The notes beneath the pieces were generated by a model. That model did no database searches. It was not told the DNA's origin and worked only from the letters and a program-made list of their open reading frames with translations. This document shows, piece by piece, positions 1 through 8,218 of a DNA stretch of 10,824 nt (position 1 is the stretch's first letter; every line of letters starts with the position of its first letter). Source of the stretch: Myxococcales bacterium (lineage in GTDB: Bacteria > Myxococcota_A > UBA9042); assembly GCA_037441385.1 (NCBI GenBank), contig JBBISH010000169.1, positions 1 through 10,824 of the forward strand, written 5' to 3'. Made by a program: the position numbers and the translations under genes.

Positions 1-1
1 C

Positions 2-3000
2 GCGTGCGACCCCGCCACCGGCAACTGCAGCAGCGGCGCCCTGACCGGCCCGGGCTGCGACGACAGCAACCCCTGCACGCTGAGCGACACCTGCCAGGCC
101 GGCACCTGCACGCCCAAGTCGAACGTGACCTGCGACGACGGCAAGGCCTGCACCTTCGACGTCTGCGACATCAAGACCGGCAAGTGCACCTTCAACGCCG
201 TGCCCGACCTGATCGCCTGCGACGACGGCAACTTGTGCACCCTGGGCGACAACTGCCAAAAAGGCGTCTGCACCCCGGGCAAGGCGGTGGCCTGCAACGA
301 CAACAGCCCGTGCACCAACGATTCGTGCGACACCACCACCGGCAAGTGCAGCTACGTGAACGCCAACGAAGGCGGCACATGCACCGACGGCGATGCGTGC
401 ACCGTGGGCGACCTGTGCAAGTCGGGCACGTGCGTCTCGGGCACCGCCAAGGACTGCAATACCGGCAACCCGTGCGTCTTGGACAAATGCGACCAGCAGA
501 CCGGCAAGTGCGTGGCCAAACTCGGCACTCTGCCCTGCGACGACGGCAACGCCTGCAGCGAAGGCGACGCCTGCGACAACGGCACCTGCAAGCCGCAGAC
601 CGTCATCTTCTGCGACGACGGCAACCCCTGCACCACCGACAGCTGCGACACCACCACCGGCAAGTGCAACTACGTGGCCAACACCGCCCCCTGCAGCGAC
701 GGCAGCGCCTGCACCACGGGCGACGTGTGCAACAAGGGTGCCTGCGCCGGCGTGGCCCTGATCTGCGCCGACAGCAATCCGTGCACCAGCGAATACTGCG
801 ACCCCACCTCGGGCTGCAAGTACCCGGCGACCGGCGACGGCAACCCCTGCAGCGACGGCAACGTGTGCACCACTGGCGACGCGTGCGCGGCCGGCAAGTG
901 CAAGGGCGTGGGCGTGGTCTGCAGCGACGGCAACCCGTGCACCAGCGACACCTGTGACAGCGTGTTGGGCTGCAAATTCACTCCGTTCTCGGGCCCCTGC
1001 AGCGACGGCAACCCCTGCACCAGCGGCGACACCTGCACTGGCGGCAAGTGCCTAGCCGGCAAACCGGTGGCCTGCAACGACGGCTCGGCCTGCACCGACG
1101 ACGCCTGCAACCCGGCCAACGGCCTGTGCATCTACACGCCCAACGACAAAAACGTCTGCAACGACGGCAACGCCTGCACCGGCGGCGACTACTGCAGCGG
1201 CGGCACATGCAAGCCCGGCATCACCGTGGTCGACTGCGACGACAAAAACAGCTGCACCGCCGACTGGTGTGACCCCGGCCTGGGCTGCCAACACAAGGCC
1301 AACCCAGCCGTACCGTGCGACGACAACAACCCCTGCACGCTCAAAGACATTTGCCAGGCCGGCCTGTGCGAGTCGGGCGTGTGGGACCTGTGCGACGACA
1401 ACAACGCCTGCACCAGCGACATCTGCGACATCAAGGCCGGCTGCATCCACAACAACAGCACCGCGGCCTGCGACGACGGCAACGCCTGCTACGGCCCCGA
1501 CTCGTGCGTAGCCGGCAAGTGCGTGGGCGCCAAGCTGCTTGGCTGCGACGACAGCAACGTGTGCACCACCGACAGCTGCGATCCCAAGTCGGGCTGCATC
1601 TTTACGCCCGTCGCGAACGGCACCACCAAGACCGTCAGCTACGCCTCGGGCGGCTCGACGCTGGTGTCGGACACGCTCGTGCAAAACCCCGACGGCAGCC
1701 AGTCCTATGGCAACTTTGTGCCAGCGGCGGCCACGTGGGTCGCACCCTTCTGGACCACCATCCAGGGCGCGACGTGGGTGTGGATCACGCCGACCACCAC
1801 CGACCCGACCAAAGCGCACATGTGCCAATTCAAGCAGACCTTTGACGTCACCACCTTGAGCAACGTCAACGCCACCCTGACGGTCGCGGCCGACAACTCG
1901 ATGATGTGCATGATCAACGGTAAATCCGTGGTCGCCAGCGCCGCCAGCAACAACTACAGCGCGGCCAAGGTGGTTGGGATCAAGCAGGCGCTCACCGTGG
2001 GCAGCAACACCATCGTGTGCACCGTGGAGAACATTGGCTATCCCGAGGGCACGCCCACCACCAACCCGGGTGGCTTGGCGTTCCGCATCGACTTGTCCAC
2101 GGTGCAGGGTGGCTCGCCCTGCGACGACGGCAATTCGTGCACCTCGACCGACGTCTGCTACAGCGGCCAATGCACCGGCATCGTGGGCCAGCTGTGCGAC
2201 GACGGCAATCCGTGCACTTTGGACACCTGCAGCACGACGACCGGCTGCAGCAACCAGCAAAAGGACAGCCTGCCGTGCGACGACGGCAACTTGTGCACCA
2301 GCAAAGACGCGTGCTTGGCCGGCAAGTGCGCCTCGGGCCCGCCGACGTCGTGCGACGACGGCAACGCCTGCACGCTGGACAAGTGCGACAAGTTCATGGG
2401 TTGCATCTTCCCCAAGGTCTCGTCTGGCGACAACACCGCGGTGTTCGTGAGTTCGGACACCACGACCAAGGTCCTCAAGTCGGATGGCAGCCAGGTGGAC
2501 GCCCAACTCGCCTGGGACGGGTTTGCCGACTGGACCAAGGCAGTCAACGCCAAGTGGATTTGGGCCACGACCAAGGTCGTCAATCCCGAAGTGGCCGAGA
2601 CGACCAGCTTTGTCCAAGCGTTTGACGTCCCGAGCACCGCCGTGACCGTGGTGGGCACGGTGGACATCGCCGTGGACGGTGCGTGGATCTGCGAGCTCAA
2701 CGGCAAGTTGGTGGGCGTAGAGACGAGCGAGAACTCGTACAGTGCGCCGCTGAAGATCTCGCTGGCTGGCAAGCTGCAGGCCGGCACCAACACCTGGACC
2801 TGCACCGTGACCAACCCAGGCAAGACCGGCAGCACGCCCGATACCAACCCCGCCGGCCTGGTCTATCGCCTCAGCATCCAAGCCTACGCCCAGGGCGGCG
2901 CCGCCCCCTGCGACGACGGCAACGCCTGTACCGCCAGCGACTGGTGCCTGGGACCGTTCTGCAACGCCGGCGCAGCGCAAGACTGCAACGACGACAACAA

Positions 3001-4018
3001 CTGCACGGTGGATTTCTGCGATCCCAAGACCGGTTGCGGCCACGGCCCCAGTGGTGCCACGGCGTGCAGCGACGGCAATCCCTGCACCGTCAGCGACACG
3101 TGCGCCGGCATGAAGTGCGCGGGCGGCCCTGCCGCCAACTGCAGCGACAACAACCCCTGCACCACCGACAGTTGCACACCAAGCGGCGGCTGCAGCAGCG
3201 CCAACGCCGACGGCGCTCCCTGCGACGACGCCAACCCCTGCACCGACAAAGACACCTGCCAGGGCGGCAAGTGCGGCTCGACCGTCGCCAACGCGTGCGA
3301 CGACAACAACCCGTGCACGGTGGACTCGTGCTCGCCCAGCCAGGGCTGCTACCACAACGTGGCCAACGGCAGCGCGTGCGACGACGGCAACACCTGCACC
3401 ATCAACGACATCTGCAGCGGCGGTCAGTGCCTGGGCTCGGCGCAAAACATGTGCGACGACGGCAACGCCTGCACGACCGACAATTGCGACGGCGCCAAGG
3501 GGTGCGCAAGCACGCCCGTGGCCAGCGGCCCATGCGAAGACGGCAACCCGTGCACCCTGAACGACGGCTGCAAGGGCGCAACCTGCACCGGCGGCAGCGC
3601 CAAGCCCTGCAACGACGGCGAGCCGTGCACCGTAGACAGCTGCGACCAAAAGACCGGCAGCTGCGTGTTCGCGCCCATGGCCGACGCCAGCCAGTGCGAA
3701 GACGGCAACCCGTGCACGGCCGGCGACAAGTGCCTGAGCGGCAAGTGCAAGTCCGGCGGGTTGCGCTCGTGCGGCGACGGCAACCCCTGCACCGACGACG
3801 CCTGCGACCCCACCAACGGGAGCTGCGTGAACACGGTGCTGGTGGGCGTGTATGTCTGCGACGACGGCGACCCCTGCACGCTGAGCGACACGTGCAACAA
3901 GGGCGTTTGCACCGGCAAGGCGAAAGACTGCAACGACAACAACGCGTGCACCATCGACTCGTGCAACTCGGGCACAGGCGCCTGCTTCTACAAAGCCGTA
4001 ACGCCTTGCACGCCGTAG
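2..4018 (+). CDS. Large Cys-rich repeat protein (Dictyostelium CTDC-like CDDGNPCTxDxC repeats) with two inserted beta-sandwich lectin-like domains; 5'-partial, probably extracellular
   Basis: The frame of the 125..4018 ORF stays open back to base 2 (ACDPATGNCSSGALTGPGCDDSNPCTLSDTC...), so the true start lies upstream of the window. I count 38 CxDxNxCT-type units, with a strong C/G third-position bias. Stop TAG at 4016-4018. Confidence 0.92.
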   Translation, partial: ACDPATGNCSSGALTGPGCDDSNPCTLSDTCQAGTCTPKSNVTCDDGKACTFDVCDIKTGKCTFNAVPDLIACDDGNLCTLGDNCQKGVCTPGKAVACNDNSPCTNDSCDTTTGKCSYVNANEGGTCTDGDACTVGDLCKSGTCVSGTAKDCNTGNPCVLDKCDQQTGKCVAKLGTLPCDDGNACSEGDACDNGTCKPQTVIFCDDGNPCTTDSCDTTTGKCNYVANTAPCSDGSACTTGDVCNKGACAGVALICADSNPCTSEYCDPTSGCKYPATGDGNPCSDGNVCTTGDACAAGKCKGVGVVCSDGNPCTSDTCDSVLGCKFTPFSGPCSDGNPCTSGDTCTGGKCLAGKPVACNDGSACTDDACNPANGLCIYTPNDKNVCNDGNACTGGDYCSGGTCKPGITVVDCDDKNSCTADWCDPGLGCQHKANPAVPCDDNNPCTLKDICQAGLCESGVWDLCDDNNACTSDICDIKAGCIHNNSTAACDDGNACYGPDSCVAGKCVGAKLLGCDDSNVCTTDSCDPKSGCIFTPVANGTTKTVSYASGGSTLVSDTLVQNPDGSQSYGNFVPAAATWVAPFWTTIQGATWVWITPTTTDPTKAHMCQFKQTFDVTTLSNVNATLTVAADNSMMCMINGKSVVASAASNNYSAAKVVGIKQALTVGSNTIVCTVENIGYPEGTPTTNPGGLAFRIDLSTVQGGSPCDDGNSCTSTDVCYSGQCTGIVGQLCDDGNPCTLDTCSTTTGCSNQQKDSLPCDDGNLCTSKDACLAGKCASGPPTSCDDGNACTLDKCDKFMGCIFPKVSSGDNTAVFVSSDTTTKVLKSDGSQVDAQLAWDGFADWTKAVNAKWIWATTKVVNPEVAETTSFVQAFDVPSTAVTVVGTVDIAVDGAWICELNGKLVGVETSENSYSAPLKISLAGKLQAGTNTWTCTVTNPGKTGSTPDTNPAGLVYRLSIQAYAQGGAAPCDDGNACTASDWCLGPFCNAGAAQDCNDDNNCTVDFCDPKTGCGHGPSGATACSDGNPCTVSDTCAGMKCAGGPAANCSDNNPCTTDSCTPSGGCSSANADGAPCDDANPCTDKDTCQGGKCGSTVANACDDNNPCTVDSCSPSQGCYHNVANGSACDDGNTCTINDICSGGQCLGSAQNMCDDGNACTTDNCDGAKGCASTPVASGPCEDGNPCTLNDGCKGATCTGGSAKPCNDGEPCTVDSCDQKTGSCVFAPMADASQCEDGNPCTAGDKCLSGKCKSGGLRSCGDGNPCTDDACDPTNGSCVNTVLVGVYVCDDGDPCTLSDTCNKGVCTGKAKDCNDNNACTIDSCNSGTGACFYKAVTPCTP
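1620..2100 (+). other. Inserted beta-sandwich domain 1 (galactose-binding-like / CBM67-like) within the Cys-rich protein
   Basis: Cys-poor segment of about 160 aa with motifs ATWVW, FKQTF, AADN, INGK, LTVGSN, VEN and NPGGL. Boundaries are approximate. Confidence 0.6.
2425..2885 (+). other. Inserted beta-sandwich domain 2, a paralog of domain 1
   Basis: Motifs AKWIW, FVQAF, AVDG, LNGK, LQAGTN, VTN and NPAGL align colinearly with domain 1. Boundaries are approximate. Confidence 0.6.
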
Positions 4019-4053
4019 CGCGCTAGATCTCTATCACAATCAAGGGGCTCAAC

Positions 4054-4839
4054 ATGAATTCGACGCGCCGCAAGCTGGCGATCGCCACCTGGGGACCGCC
4101 CGATGAAGGCAACATCCTGGGCAAGTTGACGGTGGACGCAGATGCGGCCCAGCGCTGGATCGAGCGCACCCGCCAGACCACCGGCGAGAAGGTGACCATT
4201 ACCCATCTGGTCGGCAAGGCGATCGCGATGGGCCTGGCCAAGGCGCCGCAGATCAATGGGCGCATCACACTGGGCAGCTACATCCCGTTCGAAACCGTGG
4301 ACATTACCTTCTTGGTCGCGCTGGAGGACGGCGCCGACCTGGCCAAGGTCAAGATTGCCAACCTGGACAAGCGGCCGGTGACCGACATTGCCGCCGAGCT
4401 GCGCGGGCGATCCGAAAAGCTGCGCAAAGGGCAAGACGAGGAGTTCGAGAAGTCCAAAGGGATGCTGCGCGCCCTGCCCACGTGGCTGCTGCGGCCGATC
4501 CTGTGGCTGACGGGCTGGTTGACCAGTTCGCTGGGGGTGTCGATGCCGGCGCTGGGGCTGGACGCGTTCCCCTTTGGCTCGTGCATCGTGACCAGCGTGG
4601 GCATGCTGGGCATCGACGAGGCCTTTGCGCCGATGACGCCGTTTGCGCGCGTGCCCATCCTGGTGCTGGTGGGCGCGGTCAAAGACGTGGTGGTGGCGCG
4701 CGATGGGCAGCCGGTGGTCCGTCCGCAGCTGACGCTGAACGCGACCATCGACCACCGCTTTGTCGACGGCTTCCAATTGGCGACGGTGGCCAAGACGATC
4801 CGCGGCGTGCTCGAGAATCCCGACCAGCTAGATAAATAA
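4054..4839 (+). CDS. 2-oxoacid dehydrogenase E2-like acyltransferase, catalytic domain only (CAT-like fold)
   Basis: 261 aa with TIDHRFVDG (the E2 DHRxxDG catalytic motif) and VTSVGMLG (equivalent to E2 TISNLG). AAGGGG, an SD-like sequence, lies upstream of the ATG. No lipoyl or subunit-binding domain. Confidence 0.88.
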   Translation: MNSTRRKLAIATWGPPDEGNILGKLTVDADAAQRWIERTRQTTGEKVTITHLVGKAIAMGLAKAPQINGRITLGSYIPFETVDITFLVALEDGADLAKVKIANLDKRPVTDIAAELRGRSEKLRKGQDEEFEKSKGMLRALPTWLLRPILWLTGWLTSSLGVSMPALGLDAFPFGSCIVTSVGMLGIDEAFAPMTPFARVPILVLVGAVKDVVVARDGQPVVRPQLTLNATIDHRFVDGFQLATVAKTIRGVLENPDQLDK

Positions 4840-4854
4840 CAACTAGATAAATGG

Positions 4855-6054
4855 CTAAGCTAGAGAGGCGGCTTCGTCGTCGTTGATGCCCAGCAAGTAC
4901 AGGATTGCGTTCAGATTGCGCTGCGTGATGTTGTACTGCGCCTGTTCGCGCACCACCTGCTTGGCGTTGAAGGCGATGCCCAGACCGGCGCGGTTGAGCA
5001 TGTCCAAGTCGTTGGCACCGTCGCCAATGGCGATGACCTGGTCCAGGGCGATGCGCTCGGCTTGCGCCAAAGATTCGAGCAGTTCCGCCTTGCGCTGGCG
5101 GTTGACGATCGGCCCGATGACCTTGCCCGTCAGCTTGCCGCCCTGCACTTCCAGCTGATTGGCAAAGGCGTAGTCCAGACCAAGCTGCTGACGGATCGGC
5201 TCGGCCAGCTCGATAAAACCACCCGAAATCAAAGCGAGACGGTAGCCCAGGCGCTTGAGCACGCGAACCAGATGCTCGGCCCCCGGCGTGAACGCCAAGG
5301 CGTCTTGGACGTCGCCCAGGATGGTGGCCGGCGCCCCGGCGAGCAGCGCCACCCGGGCGCGCAGCGCGTCGTCGAAGTCGAGCTCGCCGTTCATGGCCCG
5401 TTCGGTGATGGCGGCCACCTTGTCGAACACGCCGTAACGACGGGCTAATTCGTCGATGACTTCTTGCTGGATCAGAGTGGAGTCCATGTCCATCACGACC
5501 AGCCGCTTGGACCGGCGCATCAGGCCTTCGCGCTGCAGGGCCACGTCGCAGCCGAAATGCCCTTGCATGGCCAAGAGATCACGCTTCAATCCCTCGGCAT
5601 CCGAACTCTTGTCGGCGCTGAGGGTCAGTTCGATGGAGCTCATCGCGGTGCCCGAGAGCTGGCCGATCTTGTCGATGTTGAAGCTGCGCTTGGCGGCGGC
5701 GTTGGCGGCTTCGGCCAGCATGGCGGCGCTGATGCGGTCGGAAAGCAGCGTGACCGCCCAGCTTTGCACGGGCGTGCGGCGGTCGGGGCGGTTGCCCAGC
5801 TGAAAATCGATGTGTAGGCCCAACTCGCGAGCCTTCCACAGCAAGTCTTTGAGAATCGGACGCTCTTCGAGCTTGCCTTCGGCGTTCTCGACTACGAACG
5901 TCAGGCTGAGCATGCCCTGCACGACCACTTGCTCCACGTCGATGAGCTTCATGTCGCCCTGCGCAAGCAGCGAGGCAATCTGGGCGGTAATGCCGGGGCC
6001 GTCGGGACCACTCAGCGTGATCAGCAGGGCGTCGGAGGCGGGAGCAGGCGTCAT
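4855..6054 (-). CDS. serB: Phosphoserine phosphatase SerB (ACT-ACT-HAD architecture)
   Basis: HAD motifs DMDSTL, LISGGF, K and GDGAND, plus EVIDELA and ITERAMNGELDF. N-terminal ACT domain LITLSGPDGPGITA. The ATG at 6054 is preferred over the longer ORF start at 6117. Confidence 0.95.
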   Translation of the reverse strand: MTPAPASDALLITLSGPDGPGITAQIASLLAQGDMKLIDVEQVVVQGMLSLTFVVENAEGKLEERPILKDLLWKARELGLHIDFQLGNRPDRRTPVQSWAVTLLSDRISAAMLAEAANAAAKRSFNIDKIGQLSGTAMSSIELTLSADKSSDAEGLKRDLLAMQGHFGCDVALQREGLMRRSKRLVVMDMDSTLIQQEVIDELARRYGVFDKVAAITERAMNGELDFDDALRARVALLAGAPATILGDVQDALAFTPGAEHLVRVLKRLGYRLALISGGFIELAEPIRQQLGLDYAFANQLEVQGGKLTGKVIGPIVNRQRKAELLESLAQAERIALDQVIAIGDGANDLDMLNRAGLGIAFNAKQVVREQAQYNITQRNLNAILYLLGINDDEAASLA

Positions 6055-6162
6055 GGTGGACCGATTCCGCAAAAGTGCGGCGCGCCTTTTACACCTTTTT
6101 GCCTGGGCTCGCCACAACGGCGGGCGGACCTGCCAGGGCGAGTGGGACCGATCCTGGGGGAT

Positions 6163-7575
6163 TCAAACCCAGCGCTGCACGGCGGCGATGGCGTAGCTGG
6201 CAATCGTGAGCTGCGGCGGCACCCCGATGCTGGAGGGCAACGCGCTGGCGTCGGCCAAGACAAGCCCAGCCACACCGGGCACTTGGCAACGGTCGTCGAT
6301 GTGCAGCCCGCCAAAGAGATGCATGGCGTGCAGCGGCAGCATGCCCGGCTCGGTAGGCGCCGTCGCAATCGCCGCGCACTGACTGGGGTTGGTCAGCACG
6401 TCGTCCACGCCGGCCACTTGGGGGAACACCTCGGCGGCGCCCTGGGCAAAGAGCACCTGACATAACTGCGTGAGACCACTTATGATTCGCTTGCGGTCCA
6501 CCACGGCCAGCGGGTAGTCGACACGCGCACCCACCAGGCTGAGGCGCACCCTGCCCCGCGCGTGGGTGCGGACCGAGGCGGACCAAGTCGCGATATGGTC
6601 CAAGTGCGCCAGCCGCTGTTCCAAAGAGTGCCCCACACCCGGGAGCAGCGCTGCGGTCAAGCGCTCGGGCAAGACGGTGGCGGTCAGCTGCGTGCCCTCG
6701 TTCCGCAGAGCCTGACTCTCGACCGAGGCGCCCGCCACGGGCACGGAACACGGCGTGCGCATACGGGCCGCGACCGTCGCGGTGGCGTGGATGTGCAGAC
6801 CGTGCCCGGCAGCCGGCAGGCCGCTGCGCAGCAAAAGTTCGGTCGAGCCGATGGCACCACCGCACAAGAACACGGCCTTGGCGCAGCGGAACTCGAACGA
6901 GCCACCGTTGGCGCTGCGGCCGCGAACCCCCACGGCCCGCCCTGCCTTGGTCAGGATTTTCTGGACCCGGCACAAGCTGTGCAGGCGCACCCCCAACTGC
7001 TGGGCTTTGGGCAGCAGCACCTTGTCGGCGCTCTGCAATGCCTTGTGCGGGCAGCCCGTGGCACAGCGGCCGGCACCGCGGCAGCCCACTACCGCCCGCC
7101 AAGTGGGATCGGTGCGGCCGGCAAACGCCCGGCTGAGCGCCGCACCGGCGGTGCCAAAAAGTTCGCGCGGCGTCCGCTGAACATTCCACTCGGCCTCGAT
7201 GGAGTCGCACGCGCCGTCTAGCTCGGCGAAGCTGATGCGGCGCGCCCAGGCGGGGTCGAGCTGACTCCAATCGCGATAGGCCTTTTCTGGAAGGCGCGCG
7301 AACACGCCGTAGCCAAAGGCGGTGCTGCCGCCCACCTTGCGTGCAGCCAGCATGGCGATGTTGTCGCCGCCCGTGGCGAGCGAGGCGGGACCGCGGCCCA
7401 AATAATGCGCGGTGATGTCGTGCCCGTCTTGCGCGGCGACCTCGGGCCAGTCGCCCTCTTCGACCAAGATGACGCTGGCCCCCGCGGCGGCCAACCAGCG
7501 CGCGGCCGTCGCTCCGCCCGCACCGGTGCCGATGACCACGAAGTCTGCATCGTCGCGAAGGATAGAGCCTGCCAC
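6163..7575 (-). CDS. GMC family FAD oxidoreductase (long-chain alcohol oxidase-like subgroup), diverged
   Basis: ADFVVIGTGAGG dinucleotide-binding motif, VGGST, CRGAGRCATGCP, CGGAIGSTELLLRSG, HLFGG and DASALPSSIGVPPQLTI. GTG start with AAGAGG 6 nt upstream. Confidence 0.9.
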   Translation of the reverse strand: MAGSILRDDADFVVIGTGAGGATAARWLAAAGASVILVEEGDWPEVAAQDGHDITAHYLGRGPASLATGGDNIAMLAARKVGGSTAFGYGVFARLPEKAYRDWSQLDPAWARRISFAELDGACDSIEAEWNVQRTPRELFGTAGAALSRAFAGRTDPTWRAVVGCRGAGRCATGCPHKALQSADKVLLPKAQQLGVRLHSLCRVQKILTKAGRAVGVRGRSANGGSFEFRCAKAVFLCGGAIGSTELLLRSGLPAAGHGLHIHATATVAARMRTPCSVPVAGASVESQALRNEGTQLTATVLPERLTAALLPGVGHSLEQRLAHLDHIATWSASVRTHARGRVRLSLVGARVDYPLAVVDRKRIISGLTQLCQVLFAQGAAEVFPQVAGVDDVLTNPSQCAAIATAPTEPGMLPLHAMHLFGGLHIDDRCQVPGVAGLVLADASALPSSIGVPPQLTIASYAIAAVQRWV

Positions 7576-7609
7576 AGCGCGCCTCTTGGAGTTCGACGGA
7601 CGACGAGAT

Positions 7610-7867
7610 TCAAGCGGTGAGCAGCGCCAACTGCTTCCACGTCCTGGCTACCGTGCGCAACCATCCCAACCGGTGGTGCATGAGCCGCTGGATGACCGCC
7701 TCGCGGCGGGCGACCGGCAAGGCCGCGAATGGACGACCATACCAGCGCAGCGCGGCCGCGTCGGCCACCGCCCACGACGCGAACAACAGCGCGCGCGCCC
7801 CCAAGGGCAACGGCAACGGCAAACCGCGCCACGTGGGGATGATGGTGCTGAGGACGAGTCGTTGCAC
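7610..7867 (-). CDS. Small (about 85 aa) hypothetical protein, probable GMC partner; weak resemblance to gluconate 2-dehydrogenase subunit 3-like helical proteins
   Basis: Co-oriented and 34 nt upstream of the GMC gene. The segment RWYGRPFAALPVARREAVIQRL...LRTVARTWKQLALL resembles the FxxLxxxxRxxxL pattern of such partners. The GTG start at 7867 is uncertain because the frame is open to 8086. Confidence 0.55.
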   Translation of the reverse strand: MQRLVLSTIIPTWRGLPLPLPLGARALLFASWAVADAAALRWYGRPFAALPVARREAVIQRLMHHRLGWLRTVARTWKQLALLTA

Positions 7868-7902
7868 GCTGGGACACCAATTCGTAAGTTCGCGCCGGGT
7901 TA

Positions 7903-8034
7903 TACCAGTTCCGTCCGAATCGGATCGAAAACTCGGGCAATTCTTCGGGCCCGAACCGGGGTCCCCGCCTGATTCTCGCCGGTTGCAGACCGGGTCAGAG
8001 AAGCCATACAGGCGTGAATCAGACGGGGTTCGTA
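7903..8034. mobile_element. 132-bp MITE-like element, copy 1
   Basis: Flanked by TTA (7900-7902) and TTA (8035-8037). The ends TACCAGTTCCGTCCGAATC ... GAATCAGACGGGGTTCGTA match 13/19 as inverted repeats. 121/132 identical to 8957-9088. Confidence 0.85.
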
Positions 8035-8218
8035 TTACAGCCCCTTTGGTGCACCAGTCGGCGCCAGCCGTCCGCGGGGGTCGCAAGGGCTGGCTCGCCC
8101 CCTCAGCATTTCTTGCCTCGCCGGTCCTGCCGCCGAGGGGATGGCAGACGCCAGGTTGGTGGGGAACCGGCCGGTACAGGCTGGAGTGTAGCGATGTTGC
8201 CTAACTTCGCCAAGTTGC

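Noticed and set aside
1..4018. CRISPR-like periodic DNA repeats (tgcgacgacggcaac...)
   Set aside because: The repeats are degenerate at third codon positions and in frame in one long ORF, so they are protein repeats.
4..4026. Long alternative ORFs 4..957, 1052..3649 (-) and 2683..4026
   Set aside because: These are Arg/Gln- or Val/Ala-rich shadow frames caused by the high-GC codon bias of the Cys-rich gene.
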